Shown here: positions 26,602-39,459 of the stretch, one piece after another
How positions within the stretch are numbered: position 1 is the first letter of the stretch
Layout: each line of letters starts with the position of its first letter
NCBI GenBank assembly: GCA_026023565.1
Contig: JAPETS010000019.1
Coordinates: 558,001-599,986 of the forward strand
Source of the DNA: Cirrosporium novae-zelandiae
Taxonomy: Eukaryota
DNA length: 41,986 nt
Reading direction: 5' to 3'
The notes under the pieces: generated by a model
The model's database searches: none
What the model saw: the letters and a program-made list of their open reading frames with translations, nothing else
What the model was told of the DNA's origin: nothing
Made by a program: the position numbers and the translations under genes

Positions 26602-29600
26602 ATGGCCCCACGAGCCCAAGGGGGGAAAGGTAGGACACCGCGAAGAGAGTTTACTGAAAGAGGAGATGGAGGAGGCAGGAGACATGGCCTATGTCGATTC
26701 TTTCAGCAGACAGGACATTGTAAATTCGGTTCAAAATGCAAATTTCCTCACGATCCATCATCTACCTTGAATAGTGAGGAACCATCAAGGCAATTTCTTG
26801 AAAGAAAAGAGGAAACGCCAGAGCAAATATTAGCCAAAGCCAAGTACATTTCTTGGAAGAGACTCATCAAGATCCCACCTAAGCAGAATGATATTGCGAC
26901 AATTCGACTACTATGGACTGGGGCTCTTACGATTTTGAATGGAGACGATCGCGACTGGAAGCAAATGCTCCCAAGAGATCTTGATGACCAGCACAATTAC
27001 GGCCGTGAACATATCCAGACACTCTTAAGCATGGTTGCACGCTCTCACGGAAGTGGGACGTTTATTGATCTTGCTCAACCTTTCCTCCTTGTTATCACCC
27101 ACTCGGCACTGCTAGACTGTTTGTCTGTCGATACTTTTGTCGGAACTTTATACAATTTCATCAGCGGCAGTAATGGGACCAGAGCAATTCCTTTCTTCCA
27201 ACGTCTCAGTAAATGCTTGCTTGACATACACGTCGAAACTTCTGTTACTAGATCTATAGCAAACTTTGAAACAATGCTCGTTGCCATATCGACTGCCCTT
27301 TGGGAATTGCTCAAAAGAGAACGCCGAGTAACTTTTCATGACGACCTTCCGGATCTTCTCAACTCGCTAGAGAAAATTACAAAGATTTGTAGCATCGATA
27401 AACAATCTGCACCTTTTCAGCTTGTTGCCAATCGGATTGGTGAGCTCCGGGCAATGATAGCACATGCGAATCATCTGCTATCCCACGAGGAGAAGCCACA
27501 GGGGGACGGTGTCTCTACCGTGGTGACTTCTGTATATCCTCGAGATATCGTTCTACCACAAGATCGCTACGATAATGATAAGATGGATATTTCAAAGATC
27601 AAGATTCTCCCAACCGAGGATGAGATTCGAAGTAATCACGCGGAATTCTTGCCCTCTACTGAACCTGACCAGCCTCATTTTCTCACCGACAAAGCTCAGC
27701 GGCACTTTGATACCCAATTTCGCCTTCTTCGTCACGACATTTTTGGTGAATTGAAAGAGGCCCTTGGAGGATTGATGACCTCAGTGGAAAATAATCCAAC
27801 ACTACTTGATAATGTGAAGCTCGGTCTTGGAAATATAAGAGCTTATCCTTATCCCAAAGCACATATTAGGTATATATCCTTTGACAAGCGACGAGGCTTG
27901 GAGGCTCAGATTTCTTTTGCTCAGCCATTTTTACTTCGCAAGAAGCAGCCTCCTGAAAGACGTAGGTGGTGGGAAGAGTCAAAACGCCTAGAAGAGGGTG
28001 TTCTGCTATGCTTTGTCTCGCTCATCAATCTCAAAAGCTCACTCTTGTTCTTTGTAGCGAGTGAGCGGTGTGTAGACACCAAGAAACAACATAGCCTCAG
28101 CTCTCACGATTATCTGGGAACCATCACTGCAAAGCTTGCTACAAGAACCCAGAGTGACATGGAATTGATGATCCGACTAAGTGGTAACGACACAGGAGGA
28201 GTTCTCCTCGAATTTCCTGGTGTTTTATTGGCATCTTTTATTCCAATTCTTGAGAATCTTCAGCAGATGCAGCAGCTGAGTCGACTACCATTCCGTCAAT
28301 GGATTCTTCCTGATCCCATTACCCTTCATGGGAACGCATCGAAACTCCTCGACATTCCACCTCCACTTTACGCTAGGGACCCATGCTTTACTTTTTCGTT
28401 AAAGTCAATCTTGAAAAACCCCAATACGGACTTCTCTCTGCGCTCGAGTGCCCTAGTCAAAGACAATAGCACTATTAATAAGCTTGAAGCACAAACGGAA
28501 CTTGACCGGGGACAATGCGAGGCATTAATTGCGGCGCTAACTCGTGAATTTGCTTTCATTCAAGGTCCACCGGGAACGGGAAAGTCATACCTTGGTGTCC
28601 AACTCATGAAAGTCCTATTAGCCTGCAAATCGAAGGCTCATCTTGGGCCAATAGTTGTTGTGTAAGTGATCGCTCCTACAAACGGAATTGCAAGCTGACT
28701 CTTGGTGAAGCTGCTATACGAATCACGCGTTGGACCAGTTTCTGGAGCATCTTAGCAAGATCGGCATTGAAAAAATCATTCGAATCGGAGGCCAAAGCCA
28801 GTCCACAATCCTTGAGAGAAAGAATCTGCGTATAGTGTCCCAGGGTGAGATGAAAACCAAATCTGAACGGTACCTCCTTGCAACAGCCTACTCTGCTCTT
28901 GAAAGTGAACGAAGACGTATCGAATCAACTCTCCATCTATTGAATAGTATAGGCAAACGACCAGAGTGGACCAATCTCAAAATCCATCTTAATCAGAAGT
29001 ATCCACGAATACACTCTCAGTTTTCTCTAGTGGATGAGGACGGGTTTCAAATAGTTGGCAAAGAACCCTTCGAAGATTGGAGCCAGTGGCTAAGAGGGGA
29101 GTTTCTTGGTGAATCTGACAAATCCGACAAGACAGAGCCAACGCCAAAGGAAATCGAGCATATATTAAAAGTGGCAAACCAAAATGTTCATTCCCTATCA
29201 CTAAGTGACAGGGCTCGACTAATAGAATTTTGGACTAAAGAGATTCGTGAAGATAGCACAGATGAGCTTTTTGAACTAGTGGAACGTGACGATACCCTCC
29301 GTCAAAAATTGACCAACATACACGATGACGTTGATAGACGAGTTCTCCAAACAGCAGACGTCATTGGAGTCACCACAACAGGCTTAGCCAGAAGAATATC
29401 CACCCTGCAGCATGTTGCGTGCAAGGTAGTTATATGCGAAGAAGCCGGTGAAGTAATGGAGCCGCATATGATATCGGCATTGCTCCCTAGCGTTCAGCAC
29501 CTCATTCAGATTGGGGACCATCAACAACTACGGCCTAAAATTAACAACTATGGGCTATCTCTTGAAAGTCAACAAGGAACCCCGTACCAACTAGATCGCA

Positions 29601-32600
29601 GTCAATTCGAACGACTTTCAGTCGGAGGGCGAGGAAGACCTACGGTTCCTGTAGCCCAGTTAAACGTCCAGCGACGTATGCGTCCTGAAATTTCGACACT
29701 AGTCAGAGAAACGATATATCCACGCTTGGTTGATCATACGAGCACAAAAAATCTCCCTAATGTTGTCGGTATGCGCAAGAACGTTTTCTGGTTTGACCAC
29801 GACAACACAGAAGAGGGTCCCCAGGTAGACGTACACCAAAAATCGCACAGCAACGTCTGGGAAGTAGAAATGACATACGCCCTTGTTCGACATATTGTGC
29901 ATCAGGGTGCCTATAGTAGTAGCGAAATTGCAGTATTAACACCGTACACCGGACAGTTGCAGAAATTACGTGCAGTAATGCGTAATGACTTTGAGATTGT
30001 TCTCAGCGAACGCGACCAGGAGATGCTTGCGAAGGATGGATTCGGTGTCGAAGACAATGATCCGGAAAGCGAGCAGAGGACAAACCAGTTAGACTCTGAG
30101 AAAAAGCCTCTGGAGAAAAAGAAGCTGAGCGAGCTACTGCGGGTGGCCACCGTTGATAATTTTCAAGGCGAAGAGGCTAAGATCGTTATCATGTCCCTAG
30201 TGCGAAGTAACAAGGAGAAGAAAGTTGGCTTTCTCAGGACGACTAATCGTATCAACGTCTTACTTAGCCGCGCCCAGCATGGAATGTACCTGATCGGCAA
30301 CATTGAAACTTACTCCAATATACCTATGTGGGCAAAGGTTCTAGGTAGGCTCCAAATGACAGACTCGGTTGGTGAAGCATTTGATCTTTGCTGCCCTCGA
30401 CACCCCGATATAGAGATGAAAGTATATCAGCCAGATGACTTTGCCAGGCTTAGTCCTGAAGGTGGATGCCAACTTCCTTGCGATCGACGCCTCGCTAGTT
30501 GCGGCCATCGATGCCAAGCAAGGTGTCACTCTGAGAGCATGCACCAAATTTTTCCATGTCCCCAACCTTGCCAACGCCTCCACAGCCCGTGCAATCACAG
30601 CTGTCAGAAGCAAACGTGTGGTGAGGACTGCGGTCTTTGCCTTGTTAAATTGAATGATGTACAGCTTCCGTGCGGCCATTCAAAAGACAATGTTTCTTGT
30701 TACCAGACACAAGATCTTGATAAAATTTACTGTAAGGCCCTTACTCAGAGGTTAGTTCCACGTTGCAAGCATACTGTTAAAGTTTCTTGCTCGCAAGATG
30801 TGGAATCACCAACTTTCAACTGTCCCACGCCCTGTGAAACAATTCTAGAATGCGGGCACTTGTGCCAAGGTACTTGCAGCCGGTGCTCTCAGAAGGATGC
30901 CAATGATCAATACACTGTTAAACATGTACTATGTAAGAGAGTTTGCGACCGGCGCTTTGGAACCTGTAACCATACCTGCAAACGACCTTGCCACAATGGC
31001 AAAGACTGCGGACCTTGTCCTTCATCCTGCGAGGTAAGATCTATAGCGTTCTTTGCTTTGTATTATTCTCATAACTCAGAAGTCAGTATGAAGAGATGGA
31101 AATTCCTGCCGCGATCTCAGCCCTTTACGATTTTCTTCTTCTTTCATAGATTTCTACAGCTTCGCGACAACCTAAAAGTAAAAGAAATGCTGATAGCAAA
31201 TAGGTTCGTTGTGCGCATTCTCGGTGCACTTTGAAATGCCATGAAGCGTGTGCACCATGTGTTGAGAGCTGTACTTGGTCTTGTGAGCACAAGGGGGATT
31301 GCAACATGCCATGTGCCGCACCATGTAACCGCCTCCCATGTAATCGGCGGTGCTCCAAAAAGCTTTCTTGCGGACACCAATGCCCAGGAATCTGTGGGGA
31401 AATATGTCCCGAGGGCTACTGCCAGATGTGTTCTGATCAGAAGGATGCTCGAGTCGATCTACTCGAAATGAAGTCATATAGTGAGATCGACCTGGATGAT
31501 ACACCTATCGTTGTCCTTGGGTGTGGCCATTTTTTCACAGCGGAGACTCTTGATGGCCATGTGGGAATGACTGAAGTGTATACAACAGATAGATGTGGAG
31601 AATTCGTCGGACTTCAAGATATCTCTGCTGTTTTGGCTTGGTCAATACCTCGCTGCCCTGACTGTCAATGCCCAGTTAGACAGTATGCCACTCAACGATA
31701 CAATCGAGTAATAAACAGGGCCGTAATTGATGAAATGTCTAAACGATTCTTAGTGAATGGACAGATTGGACTTCACCAGTTGGAGCAGCAGATTGAAGAG
31801 CTGGAACAAATTCTTGAAGATTCTCGGGCCAAGATTACCCGATCCAACCAGCAGGCACTAGCACATTTCACTAAGGATCCCACTCACGCAAAGACACTAG
31901 AGATCTCCAAACAACTCGCAGAACGACACAATAAGTCTAAGAAGCTTAAAAAGGATATCGAATCCTTCTGCAACAAGGTCGCTGATAAGCATCAACCCGC
32001 ACAGAAGCTTCATGATGCCACAGTTCATGCCTCCAGAAAAATATCTATTGACGGACTGATGGCAGATTTGAATGTCAGTGCTTCTGTTCCAGTAGCCGCA
32101 TGCGACCGTCAGATTACGTTTGGTGGCCGAATAGCTCAGATCAAGATTGAATATATCATTCTTAGTGATAAGTTCAACATTTCTCAAACACTGAGGTCAA
32201 CACCCGCTGGTTCTTCCATTAAGATACCAGGAGGCGATCCTGACCAGCTTGTCAAACCATTTTTGCAGACGTCCAAGACACTTTTTGAGGATTGTAATTC
32301 TGAGAAGCTACCCAAGTTTGCTGTCGAGGTATCAGTTTACTACGCAAGGATTGCACGACTATTCGAGTCTTACTGTCGCTCTACCCATAAGAATGTTGAC
32401 AAGGCCCAAGGCCATGTGGAGGTCGCTAAGGGGTTGTTAGATGAAGCTCGGCAATTATGCGTAATGAAATTTCAAAATGTTGAAGTTTTGCGTAAGGCAG
32501 TAGAAGATTCGATGCAGGCATTCCGGAAAGAATGGTATGAGGAAGTGACAGCGGAAGAATTAACCTCGGTTAAGAATGCGATGGTTGGTGGTCCCCAGGG

Positions 32601-32826
32601 GATTGCTACTCGCTCTGGTCACTGGTACAACTGTGAGAACGGGCACCCAGTAAGACTGAAACCGTCCTATTGAAATTACTACCTGCTGATAATACGATAG
32701 TTTGCGATTGGCGAATGTGGTATGCCAATGGAATTAGCTCGCTGCCCAGAATGCGGAGCGCCTGTTGGCGGACGGAATCACAGTGCAGTCGCGGGAGTAA
32801 CTCGTGCAACAAACATGGAAGCTTAG
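26602..32826 (+). CDS. ZNFX1: ZNFX1-type protein (~1984 aa): CCCH finger, UPF1-like SF1 helicase, NF-X1 zinc fingers, C-terminal RZ finger; 4 exons
   Basis: Exons 26602-28661, 28711-31033, 31204-32649 and 32701-32826 total 5955 nt in one frame; CRFFQQTGHCKFGSKCKFPH; GPPGTGKS; VCYTNHALDQ; ICEEAGEV; QIGDHQQLRP; VQRRMRPEI; TVDNFQGEE; NRINVLLSRA; repeated CGH-x-C fingers; GHWYNCENGHPFAIGECGMPMELARCPECGAPVGG. Confidence 0.92.
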
Positions 32827-33219
32827 ATTGTAGTCGACATGGTGTTATATGTTAGAGTTTTGAAGGCTTCCAGTACTTGGAAAGAGTAAATGGCACCTAG
32901 ATACTTCTAAGACTAGCCACAAACTACAGCATAAACTATGAATAAAACTAGGCTTAAGCTAATACTATTGCAAACCCCCAATTCGTGTGATATATTGATA
33001 CTGAAGAGTTCTAAGTTATTTATAAGGGACGGGTGGACATTCTATAAACGTCTGATAGACTACTATATAAGCCAACTAAACTGTAACTGTTCAAGGTCTA
33101 TCCGGTCTATATAAATGCGAAGTTAATAATAGAGAATGGAATTTTGTTAGTGTTAAGATTTGCGGAGGGTTTACAAGGGCGTAGACCTACCACCATCATC
33201 ACTATTACTAATATACAAA

Positions 33220-33600
33220 TCAATACTTTCTTTTGTTTCCTATAATCTGTTGGCCATCTATATATCTAGGGTCATTACTGTCTTCACAATCCCGTTCTTG
33301 CAGACCCTTGGGTAGAGCTAGTGCTTCCGCTGCTGTCATCCGTAAGCGTGGCTCAGCCTCCAGCATGGCTCTATAACAGTCTGCAATCGGAGAGTCAGAC
33401 TTATCTAGCCATTTATGGCATTCACCCAATACTGTAGTTGACTCAATCATAACTCAAATTAATAACGGTCTCTATTGTTGAGCATTGTCTGGTACCAACC
33501 CACTTGATCATTTTTTCATAGCCATCGTAGCATTCGGAGTAGATTGTATTACTCTGATTACTAAATAATACTAAGCGAAATAGATGCGAACCTCATCACG
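33220..33600 (-). pseudogene. Degraded protein kinase C-lobe fragment
   Basis: AMLEAEPRLRMTAAEAL resembles kinase subdomain XI; the upstream frame is broken by stops within a TpA-rich (RIP-like) tract. Confidence 0.5.
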
Positions 33601-33641
33601 CAATCTGGACCTGAACATTACTGCGCCAACCTCAATTTACA

Positions 33642-34035
33642 ATGGCTATCGACGGAGAAATCAATGTGCTTGATGAGGTCAATAAACGACTTGTTCAACC
33701 CCCCAAAAGAAAGAGCCTTCTTGCTCCCTATTTTGAAGCTCATTATGAATTTCAAGAACCATATGTGGAACCGTCAACTTCCCCGGAATCCTCTTTGGGA
33801 CTCTACCTCAACCTCTAGGACCATCACGAAAGCCCCTTCCAATAGTGATGATCCTCGCCGCTTAAGAATGCTGTCAAGAGATAGCAAACCAACAGCCATA
33901 ATCAATAGTAAGAAGAGAAAATACAAGACCAGTACGGAAACTAAGACGATACAAAGATACGCTAGGCCCTTCTCTATTAAATCTCTATTAGGGGTCCTAC
34001 AGTATTGTGGGATAGATCTAAATAAAACAAGATAA
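33642..34035 (+). pseudogene. RIP-like degraded ORF of unknown family (possible transposon relic)
   Basis: ATG at 33642 gives MAIDGEINVLDEVNKRLVQPPKRKSLLAPYFEAHYEFQEPYVEP...LYLNL*, then several TAG/TAA stops consistent with CAG/CAA C-to-T changes. Confidence 0.35.
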
Positions 34036-34367
34036 TTGAAGATGGAACTTGTGGAAGTAGGAACATGACGTCGTCGAGGGAGAGTGTTACGCTAAAAGAA
34101 CACTGATCTTGGTGTGGCCAATCACTTATGTTCTTAGGGTGTTCTACGGGCCGTAATTTACGGGCCGCGAATGTAATGTTAATCTTTTATTACCACTACG
34201 GCAACTCTAATGATTTAGCATTTGTTGTTTTTGTTGTTTTAACCCACTTTATGTTTCTGCGGTAACTATCCTAGCCTAACTCTTTTGCCCAAACATTGTG
34301 TGTTTTATCTGCTAGATATTTACGCTCTCTCTGCGCTCTCTCTGCGCTCTCTCCGCATTCCATTAGA

Positions 34368-35915
34368 ATGAATACAGAAACACACAAACGAGTCGAAACA
34401 TGGATTCATCAACTCGAAAACTCGTGCGACGGTGCACCGGAATGTTCCTCATCTGCATCCCCCACCCCCGCATCCCCTCCACGCTTGATTTCTCCACCTC
34501 CAAGCTTTTCGCCATTGAATAACCACCAGAAACGCAAATTTGCTATATCACCAACATCGGATTCAATGTCTCTAAGCCCCAAAAGACCACGCGCTGCCAC
34601 CGACGATGACTCGATTGCACCTTCGCAGAGCCCATCCAACCTAGATCTCCGTACAACATCCATCCCATCCTTCTCACCACCTACCACCATCGCGTCTCCC
34701 AGCCGTTCATCAAGCCCCACTCGGCCTGGAGAAAAGATTAACTGGTCCTATATGCATCCTATCATTGTACTAGTTGCACACGATGAGACAACTGTTGAAA
34801 TACCTACCCACGTACGGAAAATTCATGACAAGTTGTTTCTGCCTGTCGATAGTCTTCCTAATACATTCAAGGTTCGCTGGATGTTGTATTTGACGCTTAA
34901 TCATTATTTGACTAACATTAACAATGTCAGGCTGACTTGGAAACGATCAACCTGAACCTCAATGGATACCTCTTTCATGAATTAAGTGAACAGCGAACAC
35001 AGGACGATGCGCTGTCGAGCGATATAGATTGGGCATTCGCCAAAAAGATACGTGGTTTAGCCCGACGTAATGTAGCAGATGACGTTCATGAAGACTCTTG
35101 GACCTCCCTTACATCCCAAGTTTTGGAGGCATCGCTTCCTAGTACTTTGGAGGCAGTTCCAATGTAAGTATCCCAAACTACGATATGTGCTATCGCGCAA
35201 CTAATATTCGATTTCCCCATAGAACAACCCAAAAAATCCACCCAGGTTACTTGCCTCGATACGAATACCCGATCGGCAAATCCACCCCTCTCGTCCGTAG
35301 AACCGATTATGGTATAGCTTATCCTTTGAATCAAGATGATATGGTAGGCGTGGAGGACGCCCTGATTTACCTTTCCCAACAATCCAGAGGGCGACAACCA
35401 AATATATTTGTGGGAGGAGAGTCACGACAGCTGTTTTGTGCTTGCGTAGAGGTCAAGAAACATTCAGGAGATCTAAGCCAGGCAGAAGAACAGCTCAGAG
35501 CTTGGGTCGCATCGTATGGGAAGTGGGTACAATCTTTTGCAAACACCAAACCAATTGAAAGTATCCCCCCGGTTCTTTGTATGATTGTAGTAGGAGATGT
35601 ATGGCGTTTCTACCTAGCCTTCTGGTGTAAGAAGGATTGGGGCCGAGGCATTTATCTCAAACCCAATTTTGACCACCTGGTATGCAATACATCCTATCTT
35701 TATTTAATGGTTGGCCTTAAGACCTTTTGTCTTCAAAGAATCTTGTTGACTGTCGATAGTATCTTTGGGGCCCATTGCCTATGTTAACCCAAACTACTGA
35801 GAGTTATTATTCAACTCTACGGTTGATGCAACAACTCCGAAAAGTAGCCTCTTATTGGGAAGAGGATTTCAAACCTGCCTTATTAAAACAGCTCAACGTG
35901 GAAGAATTGACATGA
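34368..35915 (+). CDS. Fungal PD-(D/E)xK nuclease-like protein (PDDEXK_12-like) with a Ser/Pro-rich disordered N-terminus; 4 exons
   Basis: Exons 34368-34871, 34931-35163, 35223-35679 and 35760-35915 splice in frame; VHEDSW, RRTDYGIAY (D), CVEVKK (ExK), AEEQLRAWV, IVVGDVWRFYLA, YLWGP. Confidence 0.7.
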
Positions 35916-35935
35916 TAAACCAGCCCAAACTAGAT

Positions 35936-37616
35936 TCAAATTTCGCCAAGGCCTTTATCATTCTTCCGTGCCTCTAGCAATTTCTCAACCGCCCTCTGTG
36001 CCTCTGAAGCATAACTGCATCGTTTTCTGATCAAAGCTCCATACCTATGGAATAGAAAAGGAAACGGAACACATGTAAGAGCTAAAAACGCAGGGACACT
36101 TGATGCCCAGTGAATACCAAGGCTGGCATACATCTTGGAGGTGAACAGGGGGAATGCAGCCCCGAGCAGTGATCGCAGGACCGATGACCCAGCCATGCAA
36201 GATGCGGCATAGATGACATAAGAGTCGATAAGATAATTCATACAACTCAGATACAACAGAACATTACCGATGCCAAATGGGACGGTACCAGCAAGACAGA
36301 TAGACCAATGAATCGAAGGCGAGTTTGTCCACGCAAACCAGAACAGGCCGATGGGTGTGAGTACGGCACCGATCATACAGGGCGGAAGGCGAGCTTCGGG
36401 CGGGGCAATGCCTTTGGAATATGTCCGTGCTCGCTTCTTGTAACACTGGTTCTCCCAAACCATCCACCCGAAAGCGATAAACATACCGATGGCTATGCCA
36501 ATGAAAGCTAACCCACTCATTCCGGTGCTCCAGCCTCTTTCCTTTTCAAAAATGATCGGATATGCTGCAAAGAGCATATACATTGTCGCATAAACAATGG
36601 CCATATAGACTGAGAGGATAAGAACGATCGGTTCGAGGAATAATAGCGCCCATGGCCTACAGAGACCGACTTTGAAAGCCTGCTTGAGGGTTTTGGAACC
36701 ATTTGGATGGTCTAGATGGCTCATGTACACTTTTCCAGTCCGTTTTGATAGCGCCATGGCACGGTGCTGGAGTAAGACTGGAGCATATGTTTCGGGAGTG
36801 AATATGACGCATAGAATCCAGAGAATACCACAGAGAATCGTTGTTAAAGCCATAATCCATCTCCAACCTGCCTTTTCTCCTAGAAACCCTCCAGCAATAG
36901 GGCCAAGAACTTTATTATAAATTAGTTCCTAATATATACATCACACGAGCATGCGTTTAGGGGAGTATACCTGGTCCCATAAATGGCCCGCAGGCAAACA
37001 GACTGGTTGCTAATCCCCGATCTCCCGCCATAAACATATCTGCAATGAGACCACCAGCATTAGTCAACGGAGAAGAACCAAATGCACCTGCTAAGAACCG
37101 AAAGATGATAAGCTGGGGCATCGTATGCGCCCCTGCAGATGCAGCATTCCAGATTGTCAATGCGCCAAAAGTTCCGAGGAACAGTATCTGCCGGCCATAT
37201 ATTTCGCTGAGAGGGGCCCAGAACAGCGGTCCTATAGCAAACCCTGCTACAAAAAGGGACACGCCTAGCAGCGCTATGGTATTGGAAACTTCGAATTCAG
37301 TCATGATGTCTTGTATGCCTCCGGTATACGCTGAGGAGGCGAAGGAGATGGCAAAGCAAGATGCCGCAGCTAGGATTGTTAGGGACCATTTCCTCCTACT
37401 AGAGAAATTCATGGCGTTTCGTGGGTCGTTAGGTATCCATTGGACTAGATATGGGTCTTCTGTTGTCCCGTTACCGCTCCAGCTGCAATGAAGAATTTCT
37501 GGTATGATGAGGTCGCGGTCTAAGATCAGACGGGCATGAGAAACACTCGTAAGTACTTCCTTCATTTCCCCCTCTTCTGTTGTGGAAGAGGGAGATGACT
37601 TCTCCAGGTCAGACAT
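35936..37616 (-). CDS. DHA1-family MFS drug:H+ antiporter; 2 exons
   Basis: W..NDPRNAMNF, GPLFWAPLSEIYGR, FRFLAGAFGSSPLTNAGG, GWRW, PETYAPVLL, PEARL, NYLIDSY..YAAS; intron at ~36911-36970. Confidence 0.92.
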
Positions 37617-38374
37617 ATCCTAATAAATTGATCGGAATTTTTGGGTGTAACTGTCGACGAAACAAATCTATGAATTAGAGCAACAAGATGTTTAAAAGCT
37701 ACGAACGAAATGTCTACAAAGTCAATATGCGGAGATGCTTTTGCTAGCAGGAGATATTCGTTAGCGGTATTTCAATCTAGCCAGAGGCGTATTAATCCGA
37801 GAGGTGATGATAGCTTCAAGGCCCCACTATAAGCTCAGCTGCGCTGCGTTATGTTTTTTGTGATAACAAATTTTCGATACTTGCATTACTATCTAATTCC
37901 GCTTTCTCTGCAATCATTCTAGGACCCTGTTTTTTACAAAAAAAATTAATGAGCAATATTTTGCTTCAACAGTTCAGTTTAAACTCATAGTTGGAGCATT
38001 TGTCTTAACGACCTAGGTTGATAAGTCTACTCACTTATGCATTTCTTGCACATATGATATACACAGACTTGGTAAGAGATGCCTTTAGTAAAATTTGTTA
38101 TTTTAGGGAAAATCCAATGCGGCCCAATCTACACATCTCGCAATCCGACATCCATGGGGGTTAGTGCGAGGGTAGGAAGCTTCTAAGGTATTCTCCAGGC
38201 TTCCAAAGGTCGAGCTAGGACATCAAAAATTATTCTCGGACGTAGATAACACGATTCAGCTAACCAGGCCATGCTCTAGGATGTATATTTGAAGCAACAA
38301 TACTAGCTGTGTTTAGGAATACATGAAATCGTTCTATGAAAGAAATTCAATGATTGAAAGACTCGAGGCTGAAG

Positions 38375-39459
38375 CTACACTAATTGAATTTCAACCTGCA
38401 CTAACTCATTAACGTGCTGCTGCAGTTCCTTGCACTGGGTTATAGCCGGGAATGTCCCTTTCGTCGGCACCCTTTTGCCCCAAGATAGTTTCAAGAGGAC
38501 TGGCATGGTCAACCCATCCAAGATTTGGCACGGCAACATCATAGCCCAGGCGTCTCTGCACTGGTAGAGGGTACTTTTTGACAAGATCTAACGGGAGAGA
38601 TAAGTAGAAATTTTCTTCCTGTGAAATCATGGTTAGTAAATTAACTACATTACTTTAGGGTGGGAGGTATGGTACTGACTTGTCTTAGATGCGGCTGCAT
38701 CATGAATAAGGCGTAGACTAATCTTTTGTAATTCTTGGTTGTGTTGGCTCCAGCACCATGGTAGCAGGATGACAGCATGAAGAAACAATCTCCTGCATCC
38801 AGTTCAGCTGATATAGCCTCGCTCGGATCGGGCTGGTCGTTATATTGGCCTAAGTGAGACCCAGGAACAAACATGGTTGCTCCATTCTCTACTCTGGTAT
38901 CTCGACCAGCAACGAAGAAATTTATGGAGGTGTCGCGTCCTATTTCGTATTGCTCAGGCCTGATCCTCTGTTGTTTATTGTACATGATTGCGTCATCGCG
39001 ATGAAGGTCCTGCACAAGCATGCCAGGACCGACTTCGAATATGCTAGACATCATAACAACCGGTCGCTCGACTGTTTTGAAGAATTTAGCTCCCAACCAG
39101 CTCTCGTGGGTGATTGATAGGAGAGCATCACTGACACCGAGATAGAGGGCATCCGAGAGGATCTTCTCTGTGAGTTCTGGTGCGTGCTGGGGCAGTCTTC
39201 CCAACCGTTTAGTTGGGTCTGCTGAACTGCTATAGCTTGCTTCTTCAAGAACAGGCATAACGGCCTTTTCGGCTTTGGCAACCTCTTCTGGCGTCAAGAA
39301 TCCACGGACTTTGACTCCACCGTTACGCTTAAGAGCACTGGTAACTTGTTCCACGGTGACAGTGTCCCTGTCGAATACTTTGAGCTTAAATTCAGGTTCC
39401 CCAACGGCTTTGATCGTTGTAGCCGTAGGGGGCTCGTGCATGGTAAAAGTCATTGACAT
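38375..39459 (-). CDS. Fe(II)/2-oxoglutarate dioxygenase, phytanoyl-CoA dioxygenase (PhyH) family of fungal secondary-metabolite type; 2 exons
   Basis: QDLHRDD (HxD), ENGATMFVPGSH, GDCFFMLSSCYHGAGAN (distal His), HLRQ/EENFYL...RLGY...NLGWVD; intron at ~38620-38679. Confidence 0.9.

Noticed and set aside
26602..32826. Telomere-linked RecQ helicase (TLH)
   Set aside because: Motifs are UPF1-like SF1 with NF-X1 and RZ fingers, not SF2 RecQ
26554..32855. ZNFX1 as several separate genes or a frameshifted pseudogene
   Set aside because: Three canonical GT-AG introns join all pieces into one 1984-aa frame
9700..35915. Starship or other giant transposon as the carrier of the accessory genes
   Set aside because: No DUF3435 tyrosine recombinase, transposase or recognisable terminal repeats seen in the window
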